DNA of 64,000 nt, taken from contig CATQHZ020000001.1 in assembly GCA_958296135.2 (NCBI GenBank), positions 4,480,001 to 4,544,000 on the forward strand, given 5' to 3'. Below the pieces are notes generated by a model. It had not been told where the DNA came from. It was given only the letters and a program-made list of their open reading frames with translations, and ran no database searches. Position numbers and translations under genes: made by a program. Positions 9,164 through 18,573 of the stretch are shown here, piece after piece; within the stretch, counting starts at the first letter, position 1, and each line of letters opens with the position of its first letter. This DNA comes from an uncultured Poribacteria bacterium (GTDB taxonomy: Bacteria > Poribacteria > WGA-4E > WGA-3G).

Positions 9164-12100
9164 TTATGCTTCCGCATCCATGCTTTCGGGAACCGCGCCG
9201 ACGCGGCACATCTGCTTGTAGGCGCAATAACTACAGGGTGCCGTTTTGTTGCGCGGTGTGAGTGGGAAGCTGCCGTCTTCCTCGGAATCCACAAACGTAT
9301 TCACGCGGGTGATGAGCGGGAATTTGCCGCTGCTCATCGCGTCTACGTACTGCTCAACGTAGCCGACGACGCGCTGAAGAGTGCCACCAAGAAACTCATC
9401 CAGCTGGCCATTGGATGCCCCAAACTTTCTCCACACTTCGCCGTTATACGCTTGGAAGGCACTGTCGTTGAGCGCCTTGTTGCCGAGGCCGAGTTCAACT
9501 GTGCACGCATCAAACCGAATTTTGTGATACAACCCCGCCGCTGGGGTGTATTTCCCAGGCAGCAGATGCTTCGCAATTTCGAGATAGATGGGCAGTTGGA
9601 GAGCACGTCCCTCCAAGATGTCTCGGATCCGAATTGTTGAGCCCCCGGTCTTATAGTCAATGACGTTAAAAACGCCGTTGCCGATATCAATCCTGTCGAT
9701 TTTCGCATCCAGCAGCACCCTGCCGATAGGGATGGACCGGGGGCGACTGAGCTTCGCATCGGCGTTCCCCTGCTCTCGTCCGATGTTGACTTCAAAGTAG
9801 CGGGGAACAACCGGTAAAGCGGCATCGCGCTCCGCCGCAAGCCATTTGTGCAAAGCGATTTGCAACCGCTCTTTCTCTATCTGCCAGAAGAGGTTGTCTC
9901 TGCCAATAGCGGTCTCTTGCCTCGTGCTGAGGCGGTCGCGGTGTTCTTCAGAAGCGCGCTCCAGCACTTCATCCAATTGCCGTTTTGCTTCGTCAAAGTT
10001 CCCCGGGTCAGGCTGTTGTCCGTTGCGGCCGGTGTAGAATTCAAAGAGGATCTGGTGGACTAAGATGCCTTTTTCAAGCGCGGAGAGTCCCTCTTCGTCA
10101 TCTCTCGGTGCCTTGAGTTTTAGAATTCTGTTGGCGAAATACTGGAACGGGCACTTCGCATACGTCTCTAATTCTGTGACAGAATGTGGGTCGTTTCGCA
10201 GACTCGCGAGGGCACTGTGGTTTTTCGCTGTTAAGAACCCTTCGTAGTCTAAGCGATTGTGCGTTTCCTCTCGGCTTTTTTCAACAAGGGAGACATGGTT
10301 CACCAGCGACATCGCCGCGTCTAGCGGCTCGGTTGCCGGGGCTTCAGTTGCCCACACATACTGCCCATATTTCTGAAGGAAGCGCGCGCGACTGAATTCC
10401 CCGGTACTCTCAACCTCTGCGGTGCCAATCCTCGCGACCTGCTCAAGTTGGGCAAGGAACGGTGAAGGGATGAGCTCTGATTCGTTTTCTGTCTTCGGGC
10501 TTACCAGATAGAGACGTTCTCGGAAAGCCTTGAGTGCCATATAGAAGAGGAATCGCTGCCGGCACAAGTGATCGGACTCGCTAGGGACGTGGGTATCGGG
10601 GAGCAACACATCAGGACGATAATTGGCAGGGAACCTACCATCAATGAAGTCACCGAGGATCACCGTGTCAAAGTCAAGGCTTCGAAGTTGGGATAAACTG
10701 AGAATGCGCACGCCGCCGCTCGTTTCAGGCGTTGGATACACCGTATGCGCCGCCATCAGCCGGAGCCACTGGACGTATTCATGATATTGGCACTTCGTCT
10801 CAGCAAGTGAGCGACACAATTCTTTAACCAGTTTTTCAAGTTCTTGACACGCAGCTATTTCCGATGAAATAACGGAACTATCAATCGCAGCCGGTGAGTT
10901 CAGAATGTTGGGGAGAACCTCTCCCTGTTCAAGCAGCGCGCTAAAATAGGCTTGAAACTCCATCGGTGTCATTTCCTTATCTTTCGACGGCATCTCACCC
11001 TGAGAAAAATAGGGAGATTCTGGCGGCACCGCACTCTTCGTCAAACAAGAAAAAATTGCCTTTACCAACGGCGACTGCGCGAGCGGACACCCTTCTGTCA
11101 CTGAATAGGGGATGCCGTGCTCGGGAAAAATTTCGGCGATGCGCTGTAGATACAACCGGAGGTTGTGATACGTGACACAGATATCATCTAGTTGACACGC
11201 GCCGCTTTTGATGCGTTGCCGGATGAGGTGCGCAACCTGCTCTACCTCGTCTGTCCGGTTCTCCGGCCTGACGAGTTTAATTTGCGCGTGCAGATCCAAC
11301 TGTGAACCTTCGTCTGAATTAGAACGAAACAGGTTATCGGCGAAATGCGAGACACGTTCTTGCTGGTGTGGCAGCACGGTGGTAGCGTGAGGGCCTGTCC
11401 CTCGCGAGCCCTCGCTTGAAATGAAAAACGCAGTTATCACGTTGGAATCGCTGAGCTCCTCAAAGAGTTTCTTAACATGCCCAAACAGCGCAGGATTGCC
11501 TTCGCGATAATCCGATCGGAGGTATACCTGTATATTCGGCATATCAGCAATCTGTGCCAAAAGTTTGACATCTGTTTTGGAGAGGACATCAAAATCCTCC
11601 ACGCTAACGAGGGAGACACCTGGGAACGCTTTCCTCATCAACTTCGGCTCGAACTGTGTGGCAAGGAAAAGGTGCTTTCCCTGCTCATCTATCCATCTGC
11701 GGTTGAGCTTGCCCTGATACTTACCGTAAATCTCCGAGAGGGCGTTCAGGTGCGCGTTTCGCGCCTCCAACTCAAAGTTTTCCCATTCGGTATCGTCGGT
11801 GCCGCGCTCTTTAAGATAATTAATCGTGTTGACAATGAGGGACAGGGTGCTATCCGGGGTGGGAACATCTTGCACCGGACGGAACGACTGCCGCTCTTGT
11901 TTGTCAACGAGCTCGCGTAGCCAAAGAGTTTGCAATCCGGGTGAAATTTCTGTGCGTTTTTTGTTCCAATCAAGTTGCGCGTAGAGCCGTTGCACAAATT
12001 TGGCTAACGTATGCACGCGCAGATTCGCGACTGTCCCGCTCGGGTGATACTGGAGCAATTCGCGTTGTCGTTTCAAACGCGCCGAATGGGTAGGGACAAT

Positions 12101-12166
12101 CACGACGAATGTTTCTGCGCGGTCTGCCTCAATACGAGCTTTGAGGATGTTTTCAACGTCTTGCAT
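9164..12166 (-). CDS. AddB/RexB-like helicase-nuclease subunit with C-terminal PD-(D/E)XK nuclease and Fe-S cysteines
   Basis: SVTELETYAKCPFQYF, KIDRID, VIDYKTG, CSYCAYKQMC. Confidence 0.8.
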   Translation of the reverse strand: MQDVENILKARIEADRAETFVVIVPTHSARLKRQRELLQYHPSGTVANLRVHTLAKFVQRLYAQLDWNKKRTEISPGLQTLWLRELVDKQERQSFRPVQDVPTPDSTLSLIVNTINYLKERGTDDTEWENFELEARNAHLNALSEIYGKYQGKLNRRWIDEQGKHLFLATQFEPKLMRKAFPGVSLVSVEDFDVLSKTDVKLLAQIADMPNIQVYLRSDYREGNPALFGHVKKLFEELSDSNVITAFFISSEGSRGTGPHATTVLPHQQERVSHFADNLFRSNSDEGSQLDLHAQIKLVRPENRTDEVEQVAHLIRQRIKSGACQLDDICVTYHNLRLYLQRIAEIFPEHGIPYSVTEGCPLAQSPLVKAIFSCLTKSAVPPESPYFSQGEMPSKDKEMTPMEFQAYFSALLEQGEVLPNILNSPAAIDSSVISSEIAACQELEKLVKELCRSLAETKCQYHEYVQWLRLMAAHTVYPTPETSGGVRILSLSQLRSLDFDTVILGDFIDGRFPANYRPDVLLPDTHVPSESDHLCRQRFLFYMALKAFRERLYLVSPKTENESELIPSPFLAQLEQVARIGTAEVESTGEFSRARFLQKYGQYVWATEAPATEPLDAAMSLVNHVSLVEKSREETHNRLDYEGFLTAKNHSALASLRNDPHSVTELETYAKCPFQYFANRILKLKAPRDDEEGLSALEKGILVHQILFEFYTGRNGQQPDPGNFDEAKRQLDEVLERASEEHRDRLSTRQETAIGRDNLFWQIEKERLQIALHKWLAAERDAALPVVPRYFEVNIGREQGNADAKLSRPRSIPIGRVLLDAKIDRIDIGNGVFNVIDYKTGGSTIRIRDILEGRALQLPIYLEIAKHLLPGKYTPAAGLYHKIRFDACTVELGLGNKALNDSAFQAYNGEVWRKFGASNGQLDEFLGGTLQRVVGYVEQYVDAMSSGKFPLITRVNTFVDSEEDGSFPLTPRNKTAPCSYCAYKQMCRVGAVPESMDAEA

Positions 12167-12314
12167 CTGTTTTCTCCGAAGTTGACGCGAAACTGTTTCG
12201 CGTCAAACTCTTCAATTGCCTAACGCGGGTTTTAACGTTTTGTACCCCGCGGGTGGAAAAGCGAACTTCCAACACGATAAACCGGCAGTCAAGAATGGTT
12301 TGCGCACGGTTTCC

Positions 12315-14231
12315 TCACCGAATTTGTGTACCGAGGGGGACTTCTGTCTCCAACGTTGCCAAAACCACCGAATCCCCACTCGCCGCAAGGAGCATGCCTT
12401 GCGATTCAACACCGCGGAGAGTTACTGGCTCTAAATTCGTTACGACGATGACCTGTTTTCCGATTAAGGTTTCCGGCGTGTAATGCGCCGCAATGCCCGC
12501 GACAACTTGCCGTTTTTCGGCACCCAGGTCTACCTGCAATTTCAGGAGCCGGTCTGCCCCCTCAACTGGTTCAGCGGCGATAACCTTGGCAGCACGCAGG
12601 TCCAACTTTTGGAAGTCCGAAAAGGAGATAAGATTGCTCGGAGATTTTTCCGCCTTCTGTTTCGGTGCCGCCTTTGGGCTTGGAGGCGGCGACGCTTTCT
12701 TCTGGCGCGTCTTTTTATCAATGCGCGGGAAAATCGGTTCGCCGCGCGCTATCGCGAGGTTTTTCGGTAAGCCGCCCCACGTCGCTATCGTATCAAAACC
12801 GTTTGCACCGACAGGTAAATTCAGCTGCTGTCGGATTTTGTCCGCCGTGTCGGGCATAAACGGCGCAATCAGCACGGAGATGATGCGCAACGCTTCCAAT
12901 CCGTTGTAAAGGATGGTGCCCATGCGCGGCCGCTTCTCCGGGGTGTTGAGCGTCCAGACTTCGGTTTGCTGGATGTAGCGATTGATGCGCCGCACGAACC
13001 CCCAAATCGTCTCTAACGCCGTATCAAAAGCGAACGTCTCCATTAAAGCGTCCAATTTCTGAAGGGTTTCCCGATGCATCGCTTTGACTTCGTCGTCGAA
13101 TTCGCCCGGTGTCGTCGGTTCTGGCACTCGCTTGAAGTGTTTGCCGACGAGGCCGAGGACGCGATTGAGGAGGTTCCCCAAATCGTTGGCAAGATCGGCG
13201 TGGTAGCGTGCGTTTAATCTGCTAAGCCGATAGTCGCCATCGTTTCCGAAACTAAATTCGCGCAGCAGATAGTAACGGAAGGCATCCACACCGTAGGTAG
13301 CGATGTCGGTATCCATATCGATGAAGATGCCGCGCGTCTTGCTCAACGCCTCGCCATCCTTCGTTAACCATCCGTGCGCGACGATGTGCTTCGGCAGCGG
13401 GAGGTTCAACGCCATCAGCATCGCAGGCCAGATTAAGGCGTGGAATCGGGTGATGTCCTTCGCCATCATGTGCACATCCGCAGGCCAAAAGGTCTGGTAT
13501 CGTTCGCTTTCGGTTTCGTAACCAAGCGCGGTCATGTAATTGCTCAAGGCTTCGATCCAGACGTAGGCAATGTGCCGCGGATCGAACGGCAACGGGATGC
13601 CCCACGATACAGAGGAACGGGAGATGCTCACATCTTCCAACCCCGCTTCTAAAAAACTCAGGAGCTCATTTCGCCGGGGTTCCAGATGGATGAACATCGG
13701 GTTCTCGCGGATGTGCGAACTCAGCCGCTCTTGATACTTGGAGAGTCTAAAGAAGTAGTTTTCTTCCTCCACCCATTCCAAAGGCAATTGATGAACGGGA
13801 CAGATTTTCTCCTCGGTCAGCTCTTTCTCCGGAAAAAATTGCTCACACGGACGGCAGTAGTGGCCCTCGTAGGTGTCTTTGTAGACATCCCCGCTTGCTT
13901 CAAGGGCGGTGAGGAATTTCCGGACCCCGCGCTTGTGCATCTCGCTCGTCGTGCGGAGAAAAATGTCGTGCGAGATGTTCAGCCGCTGCCACAACTTTGT
14001 GAACGTGGGTGCCATCTTATCGCAGTAGGCTTGCGGTGCGAGGCCCTCGTTCTCGGCAGATTTATGCACATTCGCGCCGTGTTCATCAACACCGGTGAGA
14101 AAGAACACGTCGTACCCCTTGAGGCGATGATACCGCGCCAAGACATCGGCGGCGATGTTGGTATAGGCATGCCCAGCGTGCGGTTCGCCGTTGACATAGT
14201 AAATAGGCGTAGTGACGTAAAATGCAGTCAT
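12315..14231 (-). CDS. metG: Methionine--tRNA ligase with C-terminal tRNA-binding domain
   Basis: FYVTTPIYYVNGEPHAGH, TGVDEHG, KDITRFH, Zn knuckle, C-terminal RGVESQGMLL. Confidence 0.96.
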   Translation of the reverse strand: MTAFYVTTPIYYVNGEPHAGHAYTNIAADVLARYHRLKGYDVFFLTGVDEHGANVHKSAENEGLAPQAYCDKMAPTFTKLWQRLNISHDIFLRTTSEMHKRGVRKFLTALEASGDVYKDTYEGHYCRPCEQFFPEKELTEEKICPVHQLPLEWVEEENYFFRLSKYQERLSSHIRENPMFIHLEPRRNELLSFLEAGLEDVSISRSSVSWGIPLPFDPRHIAYVWIEALSNYMTALGYETESERYQTFWPADVHMMAKDITRFHALIWPAMLMALNLPLPKHIVAHGWLTKDGEALSKTRGIFIDMDTDIATYGVDAFRYYLLREFSFGNDGDYRLSRLNARYHADLANDLGNLLNRVLGLVGKHFKRVPEPTTPGEFDDEVKAMHRETLQKLDALMETFAFDTALETIWGFVRRINRYIQQTEVWTLNTPEKRPRMGTILYNGLEALRIISVLIAPFMPDTADKIRQQLNLPVGANGFDTIATWGGLPKNLAIARGEPIFPRIDKKTRQKKASPPPSPKAAPKQKAEKSPSNLISFSDFQKLDLRAAKVIAAEPVEGADRLLKLQVDLGAEKRQVVAGIAAHYTPETLIGKQVIVVTNLEPVTLRGVESQGMLLAASGDSVVLATLETEVPLGTQIR

Positions 14232-14270
14232 CGGTTTCCTTTGGTTCTCAATTATTGTCTGTTTTATTGC

Positions 14271-14299
14271 ATTTTACCATAAAATCCTCTGTTTGTCAA
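14271..14299 (-). promoter_or_regulatory. Sigma70-type promoter of metG
   Basis: TTGACA-17 bp-TAAAAT. Confidence 0.65.
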
Positions 14300-14319
14300 G
14301 AAATTTTGTGAGTCCAGCG

Positions 14320-15696
14320 TTATTTCGCGGCATCTTGTGCAGCCTGAATTTCCGATAACAGCTGTTGATACGCAGTCCTATCCGGCTCCATTTCCAAGGC
14401 GCGACGAATTGCAGACAACGCCTCCGAATATTCCCCATGACGGTAATAGGCGTAGGCGAGAGTATCGTAATGCTTTGCCGTGGGGGATAACGCAACCGCC
14501 TGCCTCGCTAACGCAACCGCTTTTTGCAATTCCTTGCCGAGTCCGGCGTAGACGCGCGCCAAATTGTTGTGTGCCTCCGCCGATGTGCTATCGGCAGAGA
14601 TTGCGGCGTGGAATGCCCGGATGGCATCGGAAAACCGTTTTTGGTTAACAGAGATGATACCCAACTTTAGCCATGCCTGCGCATCTTTAGGGGCAATCTC
14701 GGTGGCACGGGTATAGACTGCAATCGCCTTTTCCAAGGCGCGCTGTCGGATAAACAACTCGCCGAGGCGATGGTAGGGCGGCAAAAACACCGGATGCACC
14801 GTCGTCGCAATCTGGTAAATGCGTTCTGCCGCCGATAGATTATCGACAGATTCGTGGAGTTCGCCTAGTTTGACATATAGCATCGGCATGTTCGGATTTG
14901 TATAAAGTGCCTCACGATACTGATGCACTGTATCCCCGTAAGCCTTCAGACGGGTGAACCGCGCCATCGCGGTTTTAGCATGTCCGGCTTCTCGTAAACG
15001 GCGGTAGGTGAGAGCAAGGCGGTAATAGGCTTGTGCGAGATAGGGATTGCGCGCAATCGCATCGCGATAATAGATGACAGCCGCCGTGAGATTATTCTGC
15101 ATCTCTGCCACTCTGCCCAACCCGTAATAGGATTCGGTGGACTCCGAGTCTAGGCGGATGCCGGCGCGATAGGCACGTTCAGCCGCACTCAATCGGCGTT
15201 GGAGAAAGTGGACATCGCCGAGGTGGAGGTGCGCCGCGGCGGTTTCTGGGAGCAGCGTCACCGCCCGCTTGAGGTGTTTTTCAGCCAGCAGCAGTTGTCC
15301 CTGCGCTTTGTGGACGATGCCGATGTGCAGATGCGCGCTGCCGTGGACGTGTGGCGGCGCATCTACTGCTAATGCCGCCTGATATGCAGATATCGCTTCG
15401 CTGAGCCTATTTTTTTCTTCGTAGATAATGCCGATGTAGCAGTGGACGAGACTCTGAGCGGGCGTTTGTTTTAAGAGGGATTGAAATTCGGCGAGCGCCT
15501 GGTCATATTGCTCCAATTCAAGATAGTGAACGGCTTGTCCAAACTGCGCACGCAACCGGGAAGTCGCGCCTACATCAAACTGCACTCGCGACGGGGAGAT
15601 TGTGCCGACAGGCGAGGCTTCCTGCCACGCAGGTTGAACGAACACGCCGAAGAAAAGAAGCAGGAATGGGTAGAGAGGCAGCGCGCGCGCTAACAT
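14320..15696 (-). CDS. Exported tetratricopeptide repeat protein
   Basis: Hydrophobic N-terminus, many TPR units (AHLHLG, SYYGLG, AHNNLA, YDTLAYAYY); GGAGG 8 nt before the ATG. Confidence 0.85.
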   Translation of the reverse strand: MLARALPLYPFLLLFFGVFVQPAWQEASPVGTISPSRVQFDVGATSRLRAQFGQAVHYLELEQYDQALAEFQSLLKQTPAQSLVHCYIGIIYEEKNRLSEAISAYQAALAVDAPPHVHGSAHLHIGIVHKAQGQLLLAEKHLKRAVTLLPETAAAHLHLGDVHFLQRRLSAAERAYRAGIRLDSESTESYYGLGRVAEMQNNLTAAVIYYRDAIARNPYLAQAYYRLALTYRRLREAGHAKTAMARFTRLKAYGDTVHQYREALYTNPNMPMLYVKLGELHESVDNLSAAERIYQIATTVHPVFLPPYHRLGELFIRQRALEKAIAVYTRATEIAPKDAQAWLKLGIISVNQKRFSDAIRAFHAAISADSTSAEAHNNLARVYAGLGKELQKAVALARQAVALSPTAKHYDTLAYAYYRHGEYSEALSAIRRALEMEPDRTAYQQLLSEIQAAQDAAK

Positions 15697-15933
15697 CAAG
15701 TGAACCTCCGGGGGTAGAAACTTTCCAACTACGCCACAATTGCAACAATGACAGCGGCCAGCGCGACGATGGGAGAGAAATGGAAATCCGCGTAGCCTTT
15801 CGCGCTATCCCCCCGCTCGTTGCTTCCACCCTGACGCTTTCAAGGGAAGCGCGCTTAAAAAGCGCGCCTACCGAGATGAAGAATGCGCCCACTTTACAGT
15901 GGCAGCGCGCGCCTACCGGGTTCGGATAAGAAA

Positions 15934-16725
15934 TTAGTCACGACGGGCTTTCACAGAGCCCCATGTCGTGGTAAGTTTATCCTTCGGCTCAACGGGGAGC
16001 AGATTCCCATCCATCACATCTACCACCTCGTTATCACTGAGGGCGCGGTCGTAGACGTAAAGGTCATCGATGTAGAAGAGAGCAGCACCGTAGCCGGTTT
16101 TACCGACGTAGAGTTTCTCTTCGCCTTGCGCGTGGTCCTTCGGAACGGCCTGTTCCTCGATTTCTTCGCCATCGATGTAAAACCGCAGCTGGGCACCCTC
16201 TTTGACACCTGCAATATGATACCATTTACCAGTGTCAAACTCATCGCCTTCGCCGCCGGGCCCGGTGCAATGCGTCCCTTGGTTTCCTGGATTGAACCGA
16301 TAGTGGATGTGCAAGGTAACGCGGTTGCAGGTCCAGATACCGGGAGACCTGTCAGAGCCAGGGGCCTTTTTGGCGATGATTTGGTTCCAACTCCCGGAAT
16401 TCTTTTCGGTGAATTGGAGCCAAAAGAGATAGGAATTATCCCCGTAATCATCTAACGCTTTGAAGGAGTCAACCGTCATCCCCGTCCCGGCATCTTCGCA
16501 GCGCAACGCGCCGGATCCGTAGACAATCTCCTTGTCAGTTATCTCCGCTTTATCAAGCTGCCCATCGTTCCCGCCGCCGGTTTCATCCGTCACCGTTCCG
16601 CCTTTTTCGTTATCGAAACTGAAATAGAGGATGAGGCCGTCGTCTTGTACCGTGGCAGCCTGCGCGACAATTGCGTTGCTTCCGAGAAGGAGCGCAATCG
16701 TGAACAAAAACATAATCGCTCGCAT
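15934..16725 (-). CDS. Secreted LamG-like jellyroll (concanavalin A-like) protein
   Basis: Signal peptide, LILYFSFD, WYHIAGV, FYIDG, IDDLYVYDRALS; C-terminal VEPKDKLTTTWGSVK. Confidence 0.85.
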   Translation of the reverse strand: MRAIMFLFTIALLLGSNAIVAQAATVQDDGLILYFSFDNEKGGTVTDETGGGNDGQLDKAEITDKEIVYGSGALRCEDAGTGMTVDSFKALDDYGDNSYLFWLQFTEKNSGSWNQIIAKKAPGSDRSPGIWTCNRVTLHIHYRFNPGNQGTHCTGPGGEGDEFDTGKWYHIAGVKEGAQLRFYIDGEEIEEQAVPKDHAQGEEKLYVGKTGYGAALFYIDDLYVYDRALSDNEVVDVMDGNLLPVEPKDKLTTTWGSVKARRD

Positions 16726-16940
16726 GAGTAAACCTCCTCATACTATGTAGATTTGCACTGACGCAAACCACACGTCCCGTAGGTGCTGTTGAAAACCACG
16801 CCTACGGGGGGTTCCGCGTAAGTCCTACGTAGAAAAGAATTAACAACTTGTGCGAACCTCTTCCGCAAAAAAGAAGTCCGCGTTCCGACTCATGATATTA
16901 TTTTACAAAAAACGCGACAATTTGTCAAGAAAAAAAATAT

Positions 16941-16969
16941 TTGACCTGGGGATGCGAATTTGGTATAAT
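16941..16969 (+). promoter_or_regulatory. Sigma70-type promoter
   Basis: TTGACC-17 bp-TATAAT. Confidence 0.65.
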
Positions 16970-17070
16970 ATTTTTGCTGTAGTTTTAAAACTTACGTGAA
17001 GCCGATAGGCGCGTGATGCGAAGTCACACGTTTCAAAGGATAATGTAGCGAACAGACGCAAAAACGAAAA

Positions 17071-17655
17071 ATGCCGCAAACCCAGAATAAACCCATTGCT
17101 GTTGTCGCCTTGTGCGGAAGCCTGCGGGAAGGCAGCTCCACGCACGCTGCCCTTCGTATCGCCCTTTCCGGTGCCGAAGAGGTGGGCGCGGCAGTTGAAT
17201 TGCTTGAGCTCGGGGCGTATCAACTCGTCTTCCAAGGTTCTGTCTCAAACGAGGCAGACTATCCGCCGGATGTTTTCGCGCTCCGCGAAAAGGTGAAGCG
17301 CGCCGATGGAATACTCCTCGGCTCGCCGGAATATCACGGCAGTTTCAGCGGCGTGCTTAAAAGCGCGCTGGACCTGATGGGATTCGCTGAATTTGAGGAC
17401 AAGGTTATCGGGCTCGTCGGTGTCTCCGGGGGACGGATGGGCGCGGCGAACGCGCTGTCTATGTTGCGGATAGTCGGCACCGCTTTGCGCGCCTGGGTAG
17501 TGCCGAACGATGTCTCCATCCCGCGTTCGTCTGAGGCGTTTGATGCGCACGGCAACTTGCACGATGCCGAACTCGCGGCGCGCGTCAAATCTGTCGGCAG
17601 GGATGTCGCATTGTTCGCTGCCATGCACAACCAAACCCCGGAACAGAAAACATGA
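17071..17655 (+). CDS. NAD(P)H-dependent FMN reductase
   Basis: CGSLREGSST, SPEYHGSFSGVLKSALD, VSGGRMG. Confidence 0.92.
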   Translation: MPQTQNKPIAVVALCGSLREGSSTHAALRIALSGAEEVGAAVELLELGAYQLVFQGSVSNEADYPPDVFALREKVKRADGILLGSPEYHGSFSGVLKSALDLMGFAEFEDKVIGLVGVSGGRMGAANALSMLRIVGTALRAWVVPNDVSIPRSSEAFDAHGNLHDAELAARVKSVGRDVALFAAMHNQTPEQKT

Positions 17656-18344
17656 GCACAATACACAACTGGGAGACATGGCTCGGCACAGACGAGGCAG
17701 GAAAAGGCGATTACTTCGGCCCGCTTGTTGTCGCAGGCGTTTATGTGAACGCTGAACTCCGCGAGGTATTTGCAGAACTAGGGATTGCAGACGGGAAAAC
17801 ACTCACGAACCGGCGCATCCGGCAACTTGCAGAATCGATGCGCAGCGGCTACGCGGAGGCCATCGCTGTCGTGGAAAAAATGCCCGCCGAATACAACGCG
17901 CTTTATGGCGATTTTCGCCGACGCGGGAAAAACCTAAACCATCTGCTCGGCGCGCTCCACGCCGAAGTCATCGAAACGTCGCACGTCCGATTGGGCGAGC
18001 AACATGTCTGTGTTGACCGGTTTTCCAACGCGGATGTCATCACACCGCAGATAGGCATCACCATTCGGCGCAACTTGCTGATAAAGCAGGTAACAAAGGC
18101 AGAAAGAGACATCGCTGTCGCCGCGGCATCCGTCATTGCCCGGGATGCGTTTCTGTCAGGCATGGAGACGTTGTCTGAAAAATATGATTTTCAGTTACCG
18201 CGCGGTTCATATCAGGTTACGGAAGCCGGCAAAGAATTTGTCGCGTTGCATGGGGCGGAAGCACTAGGCGATGTGGCGAAACTCCATTTTAGTTTAACGG
18301 ATGCTGTCCTCGCGCCGAAGTTATTTCGTTTTCCTGCCTTGTAG
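17652..18344 (+). CDS. rnhC: Ribonuclease HIII-type catalytic domain
   Basis: GTDEAGKGDYFGPLVVA, DGK, KAE-VAAASVIAR, AKLHF; ATGA overlap with upstream gene. Confidence 0.82.
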   Translation: MSTIHNWETWLGTDEAGKGDYFGPLVVAGVYVNAELREVFAELGIADGKTLTNRRIRQLAESMRSGYAEAIAVVEKMPAEYNALYGDFRRRGKNLNHLLGALHAEVIETSHVRLGEQHVCVDRFSNADVITPQIGITIRRNLLIKQVTKAERDIAVAAASVIARDAFLSGMETLSEKYDFQLPRGSYQVTEAGKEFVALHGAEALGDVAKLHFSLTDAVLAPKLFRFPAL

Positions 18345-18405
18345 ACAGAATAACTAAATGCCCCCGTGCAAAAACCTAGTGGCAGGAATACCAGGAGACA
18401 CACCG

Positions 18406-18519
18406 ATGACAAAAATGGGAGACTGGCGCGAATTTTTAATCAAAGCACTAGGAGAAAACTTAGCAGGTATGGAATGCGTCACCGAAACCGAGGTGGCGCG
18501 CATGGAAAATGTGGCATAA
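18406..18519 (+). CDS. 37-aa small ORF, possibly a truncated antitoxin/HTH N-terminus
   Basis: AGGAG 8 nt before the ATG; MTKMGDWREFLIKALGENLAGMECVTETEVARMENVA. Confidence 0.35.
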   Translation: MTKMGDWREFLIKALGENLAGMECVTETEVARMENVA

Positions 18520-18573
18520 GGAGGACTTGCGCGAATTTCAGCATGTCCTCTACGCCGCGAACATACAAAAATC

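Noticed and set aside
16970-17066. Structured leader of the FMN reductase (TTTTTGC/GCAAAAA)
   Set aside because: Pairing is short and AT-rich, with no recognisable riboswitch motifs
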